A DNA stretch of 61,399 nt, filler included, from Sphacelaria rigidula (lineage: Eukaryota): NCBI GenBank assembly GCA_964200075.2. It is 9 parts of 9 records of this genome, joined end to end, with 100 filler letters (N's around TTAATTAATTAA, not from the genome) between each part and the next. Parts side by side here need not be neighbours in the genome. Positions count along the whole stretch, not along the records: positions 34,169 to 40,901 come from CAXNAA020018359.1; positions 41,002 to 47,734 come from CAXNAA020018360.1; positions 47,835 to 54,567 come from CAXNAA020018361.1; 6 more parts are not named here. One strand, written 5' to 3'. Shown in pieces: positions 35,001 through 48,359 of this stretch. The notes beneath the pieces were generated by a model. It was given only the letters and a program-made list of their open reading frames with translations. It was not told the origin of the DNA and ran no database searches. Position numbers and translations under genes: made by a program. Numbering within the stretch: position 1 is the first letter of the stretch; every line of letters begins with the position of its first letter.

Positions 35001-38000
35001 ATCAGGGGCTGCATCTTACGATCGACGATACGGTACCTGTGAAAACGCAGGTGGTATCATAACTACTTAGAAGGTACAAATCCGACAAGCCGGACAACCT
35101 GAATAGAGGATGAAAACGTTTACCATGACCTTCCCTCCAGATGTACAAGTTGCACGCATACACGTAAACACATATACTTGATGCTGGCAGTAAGAAAATC
35201 ACACCTACTACGTGGTCGTATTAGCGCTGCAAGCTGACATGGACACGGTAGTAGTGGTTCATCAATGCGAAATACTGTACTTTCGTTTTGACTTGTAAAA
35301 TAATGTATCGGTCCCCACGCATCCACAACCATACGCTCTCGTCACAGAACACGCACGACGAGTGAGCTCTTGTGTGCCAGTCTTTGAAGACGCCCTAGTG
35401 TCTCGTAGCAGTGTGCATTGTTGCCGCGCTGAGGGATATTGCGGAATTTGTTCGACTGGACAGCATCTTTTGGTACGCACGCAGCTCTCGAGACACGGTC
35501 CCGAAAACAACGGTTTCCCGCAAACGTCGATTTTAAATACGAAAGGCGAGCAAATGCCATATGGTTGAGATTATAAATGCACAGATGACTGCAAATTTCA
35601 CCCGTGTTCACTAGCCCTCATGGACCGAAAAGAGACAACTCCAAAGACAGTCAATCGAGTAAGCCACGTACGTTCCTGCGAATTTCGAGTTCAGCACGTT
35701 GGAAAACTCATTGCTTGCAAGAGCCGAAAAGGTGACTTCCATTACTCGGAGGCGTCCAAAGATCGACAGGTGACCCAAACAGGTCTATATTAAACATTTC
35801 GTTCAAGTTGGAATATGGGCGGGGGGTGCATATAGAGGCGCAGGGTGCGAGAAAAATTAGCATCCATGGGGGTGGTTTTTATCGTACAATTGACGGGTGT
35901 TCCTGTCTTTTCGGCTTACTTGAAGAGCGTACGAATAAGTAGCGATGGTCTTCCTTGGACTTTTTGTATTTGATTTCGAGATATTTGCATTGCAAACATC
36001 TGAAGTATGAGCTCGAGGTAGTATAGAGATATTTACGTCCCACCCAGGGAATTAATCAACGCATTTTCCCCTCCCCGACATCATCACACAACAACGAGGT
36101 GTTATCTGCCGTTTCGGCCCGTTACACACGAATGGCGCCGCATCTTGACACACGAGGGTATACCGGCACCTACAGGGGGAAGTGTCCCGGGCCATGATGG
36201 GTACAATCACATCTTTTCTGCATGGGGATAAGCCACGGGAGGGCGGAACCGCAGGTGGTAGCATTACGTGCTACAAGTACACTTGTACACTACCTTAAAT
36301 ACCCAACGGCAGGAAAATCACGGCGAGCTGCATGTCTTTCAGGTACTTGTATCTTTCCTCCACCGGTAAATACAGGTACTTTTGAATGTAGTTGAAAAAC
36401 TCGCCGAACCAAACCCTTCGGCAGGTCAACTCTGGAGATACCGTTAACTATCGTAGATAGACCCTGGAGCATGCTCCCGAAATAAGATGAGGAAGAGGGG
36501 AATATTGTAGACCGAAGTCATCATTGTAACGACAAATCTTCAGCCGCGGGTGTCTACCACAAGGCATGGGTCGTTCAACTGACTGCTTGGGCGATGATTG
36601 CACACTGTGTTCTGCGATTATGTTCGCGTAGAGCAGGCGACGGCGCACGTCAAACGACGTTGCTTCACGATCTGATAACCCCCTCTTGCTTCTGCTTCTC
36701 TATTGCCAGCACCACGTTCCCTGTGCGGGGGAGATTCTGTCGTTGGAGTCTACAAGTAACACCATCTTCGCCTCAACCAAATGATCACCCGAACTGCAGA
36801 CTGTGTAAGATCCACGATTAGGTGTCTCCACCTGTGACAATGATCATGAATTATGACCACAGTTTTTTTGTGCCCATTGGGTCATACGGAATTTACCCCT
36901 ACGTACAAGTGTTGCCCCCAGCATCTGCTTAGATGCTCGCCATTATGCTAAGATCCGCAGCCCTGGTCACGAGGAGAAACTCGAGGTGCGGATCCACCCT
37001 TACCTCAAAAGTAAGAACAAACAAGTGAGTACTCGTACGACTCACAACAGTAGGATATTGGATGATGACGGTGGAGAGCGCCCATCGAAATCAATTCCAA
37101 ATATTTGTTATGTTTGAACATTAGGTTGAAAGGTCGGACGATTCCCGTTCGTTGCTCTGTGAAGAAGTCACTCTGTCCCCGCTCTGTTTGCCCAAATCAA
37201 CTCCCGGTGTGAGCGTTCCAAACATCTGTCTTGTTGTTTCTGTAGCCAGTACTGACCTACTGCGTCCCACGTCAATACATAATGTCTCGCCTCCAGAGAA
37301 TTTGGGTGTTCTCGCTTGCCACAGTCGCCGTGCTGTGGTTAATGCAGAGCCAGGAAACCGCGGCGTTTGCCGCAAGGGTGTTGGTCACCGGCGGGGCTGG
37401 CTACATCGGCTCCCACACGTGCGTCGAACTCATCAAGGCAGGCGAGAAGGTGCGGTGAGATGTCTGTCCGACTCTACCTGACGAGCTGGTTCTTGTGCGA
37501 TCTAAAGTTTAGGTTCAGTCGACACGCTTCATACTTTCCCTGTCTCTCGGAATCCATCCACACTAACTGCGCCGTCGTAGCATATACGTGCGTGCGTGCT
37601 CCTGGTGCTCCTGTAGATACAATTCCGAAACCTCCACCTCATTGATACAACACAGGCAAATGGATTCGGTGCTAACTGTACGACAGTAGCAGTACTGTTG
37701 TTGTTGGATTCGAGGCAGCTCAACTGTTGTTGTTGTAGACAGACAGAAAAGTCAGTTCAGTACAGTATGTTTTTTTTTTTTGACAAGCGTGTCGACTACA
37801 ACTGTATGTGGGATGCCGCTGCGTCCAAACCTGACTGCAAGTTTGAACCAGCGGCCGTAAGCCCGCCGACAACCTCCACGTACACTGACTCTACGGAGTA
37901 AAGCCCACCAGTAGTCCAATCATCCTTACAAAGATGGCTCCAAACGGAGGATAACGCATGTGTACCCAACCGACGACGACCCCAATATATGCAGTGTACC

Positions 38001-40224
38001 GCTAGTACAGAACAGAAACTAGGCTCGAAGGATCTCTACCCCCCTCCCCCCCCCGCTGCTGTTCGCGTCGACAACGTCAATTTGCTGTCGCCAGGTATGC
38101 GCGCAACACTCAACCACCGTATTCCTCTATGCCGTACCGTCGTTAGGCCATATCTATGTCAGTGTTCGAAGTCATGTAGGATAGGAGTGTGCCTGAACAA
38201 ACTCACAACGGTCCGTCGAGTGTTGGATCGTGGCACAGCACTTGTCTGTCGCTCACCGACTGATCGGTCGCCCTCACAAAAAGGGTTCGACCTTGACCCA
38301 TCGGCGAGAAAACAAATGGATATGTACAGTGCAGCGATATTCCTATGCCAACTACTGTGCCGTATTGTACAGATACTCGTAGAGCACCGACGGATTGAAA
38401 ATAGAAATCTCGTGCATCCTGTGAAGCCCCGGCACCTGAAAAAAACACGGCTATACCCCTGCAACCACGACCGTTATTATCTGCCCGCAACGGTTATTGA
38501 CAGACACCGCAGTAAGTATTGTACGATGCCGTAGCGAGTATTTTGTATCAGCATCGGACAGATAGCTCGTTTGAAAAAGTATACCGCTGTTATAGATACC
38601 ATCGGTGACGTACTCCACAGTGCGAAGGTCACACTGACGTCCAGCTTTCTCGGCGGCTGGAAGCGCCGTCGCGGACACTCAACTCAGTACGGGTATGTAT
38701 ATATTGTCGTAGATGCAGTCACGGCTCACGATCAGAAAAAAACAAGAACACGGGTCCGCACGCAGCCCCCCCTCAACGGTCGAACAGTAGAACACAGTAT
38801 ATACATATGGAGTATAATATAGTACACTAGACTACGGTACTACTGTGTGCATGGTTAAATGGGTCACAACTTTCTCCTTGATTTTGCTTTTCACCCGCAA
38901 CGGGTAGTCATTCATAGTTAGCAGCACTCATGCTTATTTTGCGGAGCAAATCCAATGTCTGTCTTCGTGGACTTACACAGTCACCCTCTTTGTTGTGGAC
39001 CGTGCGGTGCACGTTGGTCCACGGTCTTTTCTCCTCAACACGATGTGTCGAAGAGGGGCGTGCGTACGTATGGTGGCGTATTTTGCCTTCGAACCAACTG
39101 CGGAACATGGGCAGCCTCCACATTCGAGCATATACGAATATCACGGTCAAATCGGACCGTTGACCTTCTAGATGTCCCGCATTTCCCCCTGAGAAGCGGG
39201 TCACGAAAATCACATTCAGCAGGGTTCGGGCTTGTGTTCACGTAGCAAGGCAGAATCCTCCCCTTCCGTCCCCGAACCAGACTAGACGCCCCATAATTTC
39301 AAGCCCTGATAAAGAAGGAAATATGGGAACAGAATACACCGACGACAACCATTTTGACGGCGGAATGCCACGAAGAATCCACCAGCATACGTCATTCGCA
39401 CACCAAAAATGTCACACCGGTGCAGTGGGATTAGTTTTGTCCAGTAAGGGACGCAACGGGTCAAGTTTGTTGAAGTTTGTGCACACAGCCAAAATCTGCA
39501 CTTGCGTCCCTGAAAGTCTATACAAACAAAAATCGGCACCAACTGTCTATTTTCTTTTATACGGAGTCCCGTACGGCACTGGGAGGCATTTTTTTACGGA
39601 TCTGGAAGACACGCGTCGGGCTAATAGGGAACCGGGCCCACAGATAGGGGGTAAGAGTTATGGGTGTTATTATGACCTCTATATGACCCGACCCGCTTAC
39701 TAATAATAACCCCGGGCTAGTCAACCCGGACCGTCTTCCCGGCCCTGTCACCCTGGGACTGTCATCCTCCAATCCCCAGTCTGGGACCGTCGTTCTCACG
39801 TCTTGGAGGCTCCCCGTCGGAGTCCCCTACCCAGGCACTTTGTATTCCAACCCACGCCCTGCCTTGCAAAGTCCGTCCCGTTCAAGTCCACGTCTCGGCT
39901 CCGCACACTCCGTACCCTGCCACCGAGTAAGACGCTACATCCTACATACACCCACTGTCCGGGAAAGATAAGTCACACCCGCTGTCCGCGTCTGTGTTTT
40001 ATATGAGAGGTAGTAGTTTTTGCGTGAAAGCTTTGAATACTCAACCGTATGCCGTTCAAAAAAAGAGAACCTCGAAATCCACACTTTTTTTCCACTGCCG
40101 GTACCAAAAATTTCAAGTACCGCAAGGTTGACATTTGAAACAAAAGAAATAGCGGAGAAGAGGAAACTTGAACTTTCGTGTTTGGTCCGCGTGTATTGTC
40201 GACTCAGTGATGAAAGTCCCGAAG

Positions 40225-40350
40225 AGGGGGGGTGCGGGTTTATTATGATGAGACTTGACCCTCAGACCGCAGTGCGGGTAGTCCATCTGGGTCATGGATA
40301 CTTTTGTCAAGTGAAAATTGATGCCGATCCAGGAGGTGACCTCCCCTCCC
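40225..40350 (-). repeat. Dispersed repeat, copy of 31925-32048
   Basis: ggtagtccatctgg...caagtgaaaattgatgccgat...aggtgacc is shared in inverted orientation, with a G run at the left end. Confidence 0.7.
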
Positions 40351-40807
40351 CATCTAAAGGGTTAAAGTTACTCTCGGTGCTGTCAAGCCCGCAGCGGCAA
40401 TTGGGGCGAGGTTTCCCCTCACGTCTGCACTGATTTTGCCATTCTCGGGGGGCAGATCTTGATGTGGCTCTCCACTTCTTTTTTTTCCACCGGAGCGGCG
40501 ACACCAGTGGCACTGCTCTGGCTTTCAGACATCCATCCAGGGCGATTCCTACTTTTCTAAGCGGGACGTTGATCCATCGATAGATCAATTGGTCGCGTGT
40601 TATTTACCTCACCCACCGCGAATACCGCCCGTTGCACCAGGTAGTATTGATGTGCAGTATCCCACCATGAGTAAACAGTACGCTCGCTGAGAGGTCTCGG
40701 GAAAAAGCTGAAATATGGAAGGACGAGATAAGAGAACAAAGTACTTCGTATATAACATCATCTTATTATAGTAGAGAGCATGGATTATTATTCATGGGAA
40801 AAAAAGA

Positions 40808-40858
40808 GGGGGGGGGGCGTACTCATTTGTTGTTCGCCTTAGTCGTTCGACCATTGAC
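40808..40858 (-). repeat. LINE 3'-terminus copy with poly-C
   Basis: G10 followed by cgtactcatttgttgttcgccttagtcgttcgaccattgac. Confidence 0.8.
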
Positions 40859-43800
40859 TGAGGAAAAGAGGGGGGGGGGCTGCCAGAATCCTGTGGCATG
40901 ANNNNNNNNNNNNNNNNNNNNNNNNNNNNNNNNNNNNNNNNNNNNTTAATTAATTAANNNNNNNNNNNNNNNNNNNNNNNNNNNNNNNNNNNNNNNNNNN
41001 NCACCCCTCCGGCGGTCGTGGGATTTTTTTTTTCACATCAAGAAACACTCAATAAATAGCTATTCTGAGGCGACTTGGGTGAGGTAGTGCTCATGATTGT
41101 TGGCCCTATCTGCCGCCACAAGATGCGACGCATTTTGGACGCAAATTGACGGTGCAGATAGATACGTTCAGCTTGATTGAGCAAGTATTGCAGAGCATTG
41201 TGGTATTTGTCTGGTCTTGTTCTTGTCGTGGGAGTTTGATGTGCAATGTATTGCCGAAACCCATAAATATAACTTGGCCTTACATGGCTCCCAAGGTATG
41301 CGAAGAATGAAAGCTTTACTAACACGAATTTTAATTTTTTATACGAAGTATTTTTTTAGTTTATTTTATTGTTTAAATCTCATTTCTCATTTTTTTTTGA
41401 CGTGTGGGATTTAGTAACCCCACCCCCTCAAAGAACTCCAGGACTCGAAAAAGGGGCATAGGGTCTTGGATTGTTTTTTGGAGCACTCTCGGATGGCATT
41501 CAAATCCCTTTCAAAGCGGTGAGCGATTCGAAAATCATTTATCTGTAATACGCAGCAGCAGACTCTCCGTGAGGAGAGGGAGATGCAAACAAGCCAAGGC
41601 TGGCAGCACGCGGGGATAAGAGCGCAAAATGATTCACTTCTTGAACCACAACCACGCATGCTGTGTTGAATTGCAAGCCATGGTGTACTTTGTGTTTCGT
41701 GGTCGCGGATCACCGTTGGTTTGCTATTTTTGATTCCAGATGTATGTCGTGCTATGAAACGACAAGCCTGGCATATATCCGCAATAATATCACTTCGAGG
41801 TGCAGTGACCACGAGTACCGTACTGTACTGTCCCTACCTGCAGGCCCCAATCCTGTCATTTTGTTCGTAATCATGTAAGCATCTTCGTTGTAATATAACT
41901 ATACTAAAAATGGTATAAACATAGCTGGTAACGGCAAACTTCAAATAAACTGGATAAACTGGAGTCCTCATCACCAGTTCCAGTTTAACTGCCAGTACAA
42001 ACTGGTCCAGTTCACAGCCCTACCAGCTGCGTTTTACCAGAGTTCATGCGGTGGCCCCGTTGTTTCGGGCTCTTGTATCGGAGATTCTGTTTGCCTAGGT
42101 TGCCCAAGATCCAGTTTCACAGGTTTGAACGTTTCGGGTCCGCTCATGTGTGTCACTGGCGGACCCCGTTCCTGAGACTGTTTCTCCGGCTTACATGTGT
42201 ATTTGGATGTTCATTACGCCCATACATACGTGGTCTCCACATATACATGACTGCCGCCTGCTGACGGGATTGGAAAAAAAGTACTGTTTGTAGAGGAAAC
42301 ACCCGCGAAGGCTCCCGAGGCCTCACAGATACTGTACAACTTATCTCCCTATCACCTTGTTGAGAGCGAGGACCAGCGGTAGACGGGATTTGTACAGCAC
42401 GCTGCACGCATACAGCATGTTGGACATGAAGGTGGTGGGATTCGCCGTTCGTGGAGTGTCCACCACGTACACTAGCGCCTGGAAGGTAGAGCCAGAATCG
42501 AAAAAAAAAAAGAGACAGAGATAAATAAGTAATTAGACTTCGTTTCATGTGTTTTCCACAATGAAAATGAGAAACGACGAAAAAAAAAAACAGCAGCAGC
42601 AGCAGCAGCAGCAGGAGTGACGGTGTACATGATTTCCCTCTAGGACAACTTCGATTTCCTCAGGTATTCCGATAAATACAACAACTCAACATCGTGGGTT
42701 ATTTTTCATGGACAAATCTATCCCAAACTCGCTTGGGCGGCATGTTTTCCCACCCCGACATCTACAACAGTAGCACTTCTACTGTGGCATTGGTTTGTAT
42801 GGACCCATGGTCAGAGCTGACCACTTACTGTCCGTGCTATGTACATATCTACATATCTATATATATATATAGGTATGGTATGTGATCGTGTTCGGCTACA
42901 GCCGCACATGTGATCATCAATCAGCTATCGAAGGTCACACGAGCCGATGAGTCGATGACACACCGTGGAGCCCAAGGCTTTGCCACGAGCAGCACGCTTT
43001 ACACCACAAAAACACGTGCGCTATCCCTCGCGAGCTGGCCGAGAGGTGCAAGGCGATGTTATGATGTGCTCGATACGAGAGAAATGAATATGTTCCCCTC
43101 CCATCCGTCCATCGGGGGAAGAGCCGGCGAACGAAAAACACAACCGACAATATTTTGGTGATATTGAGAGTAGAGGATACGATTGAGAGAGTGAGAAGCG
43201 GTCAATTGCTGAATGAATAGCTTCAGTTCCGAAATGCCCCTCTTCGAGGCCCGATACGCCTTCTGTAGTAACTGGCCACTGAAGCTCGAGATATCCCCGA
43301 GTAGGATATCGACGTGTAGCTGTAAGCACATGCCAGTTCAACAGGCAAAGGAAAGCACACACAGGATGAAAAATCTGCCAAGTTAAAGCAAGTGATAAAT
43401 CCCACTCTCAATCGACGCTCCACTCTCCATCTCACTAAAACATTGTTAACCGCCCGATCTTTCCCCTAAACACGTCGGCTAGCTGGACGGCGCCCTGAGT
43501 GGATAGACTCAGAATTACATTTCAGAATAGGATACGCCGACTTTGGTCGTTGTGTATTGGTAAACGGCAAAGAAGTCGCTAGAGGATGGATTCTCCGGGT
43601 TCCATGGCTGCTATTGCTGGAGGTTTAGGTAACGCACGCGCCGACTACATCGGATACTGCAGGCTGTCCGCACTTGCCTAGAAAAGGTGGGCGGCGCAGG
43701 CTAGAAAAGATATCTAGGTAAAAAGAAGGACTAGATGAGATGTACCTGTCGACATCTGACCTAACCCGGGTGAGACGGGTTTCGGTCGACGGACGCTCTA

Positions 43801-44170
43801 CAGTAGTGAGCGTCAGAAGTATGCAGAATCCGTAGTTTCTTAGTTTCTCAAAGAGTGTCCAAATTTGTTTTGCTTGCCATCACTCATCACAGTGACTGCT
43901 GGATGCCACAAAATGGGCATCCGGAGATATTTTATACCTCTTGACAAATATAGAAAGAAAAATGATCTGCGATCAATAATGAGTGACTTACGGGCTTGAC
44001 CGATCTTCGGGGGTCCTGCGAAAATAAGACCCCAGGCTCTAGCTTTTCGGTATTTTCGGTGGACCGACTCAATCCGGGTCATACAAATGAAGACCCCAAA
44101 AAAGATTTTTTTCTTTAAATTCCACCTAGTCACTGCGCTAAAGCAGGAAAACTATGATTCTTGCACCATT

Positions 44171-44622
44171 TACGGTCAATAACACCCTCCTGATAAATGG
44201 GGTCTTTACCCGGTATCGTCCCCACGACACCAACTTGGGCGATTGTGATTTGAGCACGGTTTGCTTATTGTGCCAAAACTGTCGACGCTAGCACTTTCGA
44301 GTGTTCATGGAAAATGTTATGCGGGAAAAAATCCGAAAATAGGCCATCGGCAGAAAATGCTAGACTGAGGTCTGTGCAGCATAGGAGGGAAACACGATCT
44401 CCATCGTTATCGTGAAGAATTTCAGACGTGTTAACTCATCTGAATACTTACCGTTTCGTCGCTGAAGAGCGGGGAAACTGCTTATATTGGACCGAAAACG
44501 GTCAATGACACCCTCCTGATAAACGGGGTATCAAGTCCATATCGCCCCGAAAACACCAACTTGAGCACTGTAGTTTGAGCGCAGCCTACGCTTTCTCCCT
44601 AAATCTACCGGCGCTAGCATTT
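44171..44622. repeat. Two direct copies (about 120 bp, about 327 bp apart) of a repeat related to the 10210-10992 element
   Basis: acggtcaat(a/g)acaccctcctgataaa...caccaacttg...cgctagca at about 44172 and 44499. Confidence 0.7.
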
Positions 44623-45644
44623 TCAAGTAGTAGTGAAGAATAGTACTCCAGAAAAACTAAAAAAAAGAACAACGACGAATTCTGAAAACTTCTGATGCTG
44701 ACTACTATATTGCGCATGGCCGTATGAGGCGAGAATACGTGTTATATTTTTCCGTGCATTGTTTTCGAGGCGTGGGTGCAGCACATAACTGAAATTGATG
44801 TGAGTGAAGACTTCCGACCGAATTATTGGCTCCAAAATTGTACGTGTTCAGGGCAAACAAACGAAGGTATACCTTTTCTTGATTAGCACCCATGATAGAA
44901 ATACTAATCCATCATTCACACCAAAGATATCGGCTTGTACCTGTACATATATCCGATAGTTCTTATAGATCCGAAGTGAACCACGTAACTCTTCTCACCG
45001 TAGGAAACGAAGAAGCTAATGTCTCCGTGATAATCTGCCCAGATGCACTCCACGTGAACACCTCAATCTGCCCCGGCGTGTCGATGAATACGTAACTGAG
45101 GGGGGTGGGGGTCGGTGGGCGGGACAAGGAAGAACAAAAGCAGGTAGCAACTTGGGTTGCGTCTTGGTGAAAACTGACGGTATATCAGCAATTATACCGG
45201 TTATCATTTGCCTCTAATTTCACTAGCGATTCTTCATACCAAATATGAAAGTGCAACTCTCGAACTTGAGGTGAAAATCTGCCTGCAACCTACAGATCCG
45301 GTTCTAGCATCGCCCAGCTGGTTTTTGTTTCAAGTGGGTACATTCCCAATCCTGGTGGCCGGGCGGAGGGGGAGTACTCATTTGTTGCTTGCGTCATTGA
45401 CCCTTTTGGACCTATTGATGGAAAAATGACGATTCACAAATGACAATTGACATTTCCACGGGCAAAATATGGTTGTCTTGCTGCGACTGTTTGTGATGCA
45501 GCCCACCAGTACGGTGCACCGCTCTGAGTCCAGGTGTACTAATGTGACAGATTCGTGCACCGAACTCGAAGTGCCGTTTTCGTGGCGACGAAAGCTCGCA
45601 TATGGGAGTTCGTACTGTACTTCGCGAATTTCAAAAGGTTTGAT

Positions 45645-45754
45645 GGTCGTTTGACCAATGGCCACGCATCCCTCTCGAGGTGGAGTACCGTCGACCGGGG
45701 GGGAAGGGGGGCGTACTCATTTGTTGCTTGCCTTAGTCGTTCGACCATTGACCA
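45645..45754 (-). repeat. Rearranged pair of LINE 3'-terminus fragments
   Basis: gcgtactcatttgttgcttgccttagtcgttcgaccattgacc lies next to ggtcgtttgaccaatggccacgcatccctctcgaggtggagtaccg. A further partial copy is at 45368-45402. Confidence 0.75.
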
Positions 45755-46911
45755 TCGGCGGGGAAGGGGGGGGAGTAAAATGGACAAGAGAAAAACGGCT
45801 TGCAAAAGGTGAGGATTTCTACAAGAGCATGGGGAGGAAGGACTCAAAGCACGTTTTGCAACACGTCAAAAGTCAACACAAATGTTTGCACCCGCATGTA
45901 TGGGTGGTCGCACTTGTTTCGCATGGTCGAAGGTAACTAACTCGAGTAACTGGTTCGAGACGGGATAGATACATGAAACCGTTTTTTTTCCTTCCAATTT
46001 TTCTTGTCTTGGTATTCGCGCGCTCTCACTCTAGATCGTCGGATCGCTTCTCCAGGAGACCCAGCACTTGGTCAAACCTCGTGGCGAACAGGTTGAGCGA
46101 TGTCGTGATCGCTCCGTTTGGTCCCAATCCGTACTGACTCATCACCTGTTGATCATGATATATACCATTATTCAGTTTTGGCTATTCATTATGATAATCC
46201 ACTCGATCGATGTGTGTGTGTGTGCGCGCGCGCGTGCGTGGCAACACACAAAACAAAATGTCAGCAAGATACACAAGCGACACAAAACCTCCGGTCAGGG
46301 AACCCGGGGGAGACTCAGTCTTTGAGTCGACTGTACCCTACACACGGGATCAGGGGTGGGGAGGGGTAGGTAGTGGCTCCCACAGAGACCGATCTCCCCG
46401 TGTACAAGCAAACATTCACGTTGTGTTATACCCCCATTTGCGATGAAATTTGCCGAAAAAAAGCGAACACTGTCCTACCCGTTTATACCCAGGACTCACG
46501 CACGTCTTTGGTTTGGTATAAGTCATTTATAAATGAACCAAGGAATGTCGACTGTTGAGCGTCAAGACCTCAATAGATAGGTGAACGATGATGTTTGAGT
46601 CGAGCTTCATTTCGTGATTGGGCTACCTATTTCCACACTTGAAACATCTTGTCTACTAACTAGACTTGGCGTACCAACAAAGTGCACTGCCCCGCGGGTC
46701 ACGCCTCCTCCTAATCCTGGGGTACGCACGGCCTATAGCTGTGGCTGGCAACCCAGGACGCGACGAAAGCCGTGCCTTCGGTCTTATGCAGCATGATTTA
46801 CATATTACCTATAGGCAGGGCACATGAACAAAAAATGTCAAAAACTAACAGCGAAATCATGGATTCAAGCTGAAAGGCAGCGCGACGACCACGATGATGG
46901 TAGCCAAGACA

Positions 46912-46993
46912 GTGCTTCGTCTCCAAAGGGGGTACGTGGTCAATGGTCAAACGACTAAGGCAAGCAACAAATGAGAACGCCCCCCTCCCCCCC
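46912..46993 (+). repeat. LINE 3'-terminus copy with C-rich tail
   Basis: gtgcttcgtctc...gtggtcaatggtcaaacgactaaggcaagcaacaaatgagaacg followed by C runs. Confidence 0.8.
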
Positions 46994-47689
46994 GTGCCTC
47001 TTACCCCCAACCTGCATATCAATGTGTAACAACGCGCCTCTTTGTAGTTGACGGTATCTCGGATGTCGATGCTCGCCCCGAACGGAACCTGTAAGTGGCC
47101 GGGCGGTGTGATACGGTGGTCCGTCCATTGACAAGAAAAAGAAAAAGTGTCAGAGTAAGTGGGCGGTAAGTAGGGGACCGGGGGGATACTCATGGTCGTG
47201 CACGCCGTAGTCATAGAACCATTGACCTCGCGTCTCTACGAAGCCGAGACGAACCACGTCAGGTTTTCGCCGGACCAGGGTTGCAATTTCCAAGCGCGAA
47301 GCGCCGAGGTGTCGCCGAAGGGGTGAGCTTCACCCTACCAAGACTGTACGCCCCGAAGCGTACCAATGATCTTGCATGTGACTGATAGTCTCGGATGAGT
47401 TGCTTCATTTCCTGGTATTGCCAGTTTTAGAGACAACCACGGGTTACACGCTCCCTCATGGGTGTCTCATCATTTAACCACTGCGTAGTATGATCATTCC
47501 CTTCGGGCGGAGTTCGGGTGCTCCACCTCGCACAATATGATATATTTCGACCACCATCATGATCACCGCAAAAAAAGGCAGTAACCTGATTGCCTAGCTT
47601 AGGCAATGAGTGGCGTATTTTACAGCGTCGTTGCCAACCGACGCCAACCCTTGCAAGGGGAGAAAGGGGAGAGGAGGGGGGAGGGGGGA

Positions 47690-47734
47690 GGGGGGGGGGC
47701 GTTCTCATGTGTTGCTTGCCTTAGTCGCTTGACC
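47690..47734 (-). repeat. LINE 3'-terminus copy with C-rich tail, cut by the spacer
   Basis: G run followed by cgttctcatgtgttgcttgccttagtcgcttgacc. Confidence 0.75.
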
Positions 47735-47913
47735 NNNNNNNNNNNNNNNNNNNNNNNNNNNNNNNNNNNNNNNNNNNNTTAATTAATTAANNNNNNNNNN
47801 NNNNNNNNNNNNNNNNNNNNNNNNNNNNNNNNNNGGAGAGACGGGTTGATCCCTTGAGACCACGGACTCATCCCGAGGAAGGGGAGGGGTTGAACGTGTG
47901 AGGAAAAAAAAAT

Positions 47914-48359
47914 GGGAGCCGTTCAAAATTTATGTTTAAAACTGCCTTTTTGGCCCCTCTCCGTCGTTTTTCGCTTGAAAAGAGGGCTAGGCGGATATTG
48001 GCGCCTTGGAATAACTTGCTCTACTCATCGAGGCTGTCCCAGGGCAACTTTGTATTTCCCGCTGGGCGCGCTTTCATTTTTGGCCAAACACGGATTTTCA
48101 ACACAAGACGGTCGAGCGATAAAAAAACAGGGGGAAAAGTTGATCACCTGACCGTTTTGTACTGAACATCCGTGTTTGGCCTCACTTGGCCAAAAACGAA
48201 AGTGCGGCCAGCGGGAAATGCAAAGTTGCCCTGGGACAGCCTCGATGAGTAGAGCAAGTCATTCCAAGGCGCCAATATCCGTCAAGCCCTCTTTTCAAGC
48301 GAAAAACGACGGAGAAGGGCCCAAAAGGCAGTTTTAAACATAAATTTTGAACGGCTCCC
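47914..48359. mobile_element. Foldback MITE, 446 bp, about 174-bp TIRs, GGG...CCC ends (possibly PIF/Harbinger-like)
   Basis: gggagccgttcaaaatttatgtttaaaactgcc... (47914-48087) is inverted at 48186-48359 with few mismatches. No clean TSD. Confidence 0.85.

Noticed and set aside
36050..36850. Exon-like decayed sequence on the minus strand (FFNYIQKYLYLPVEERYKYLKDMQL)
   Set aside because: No consistent frame or recognisable domain.
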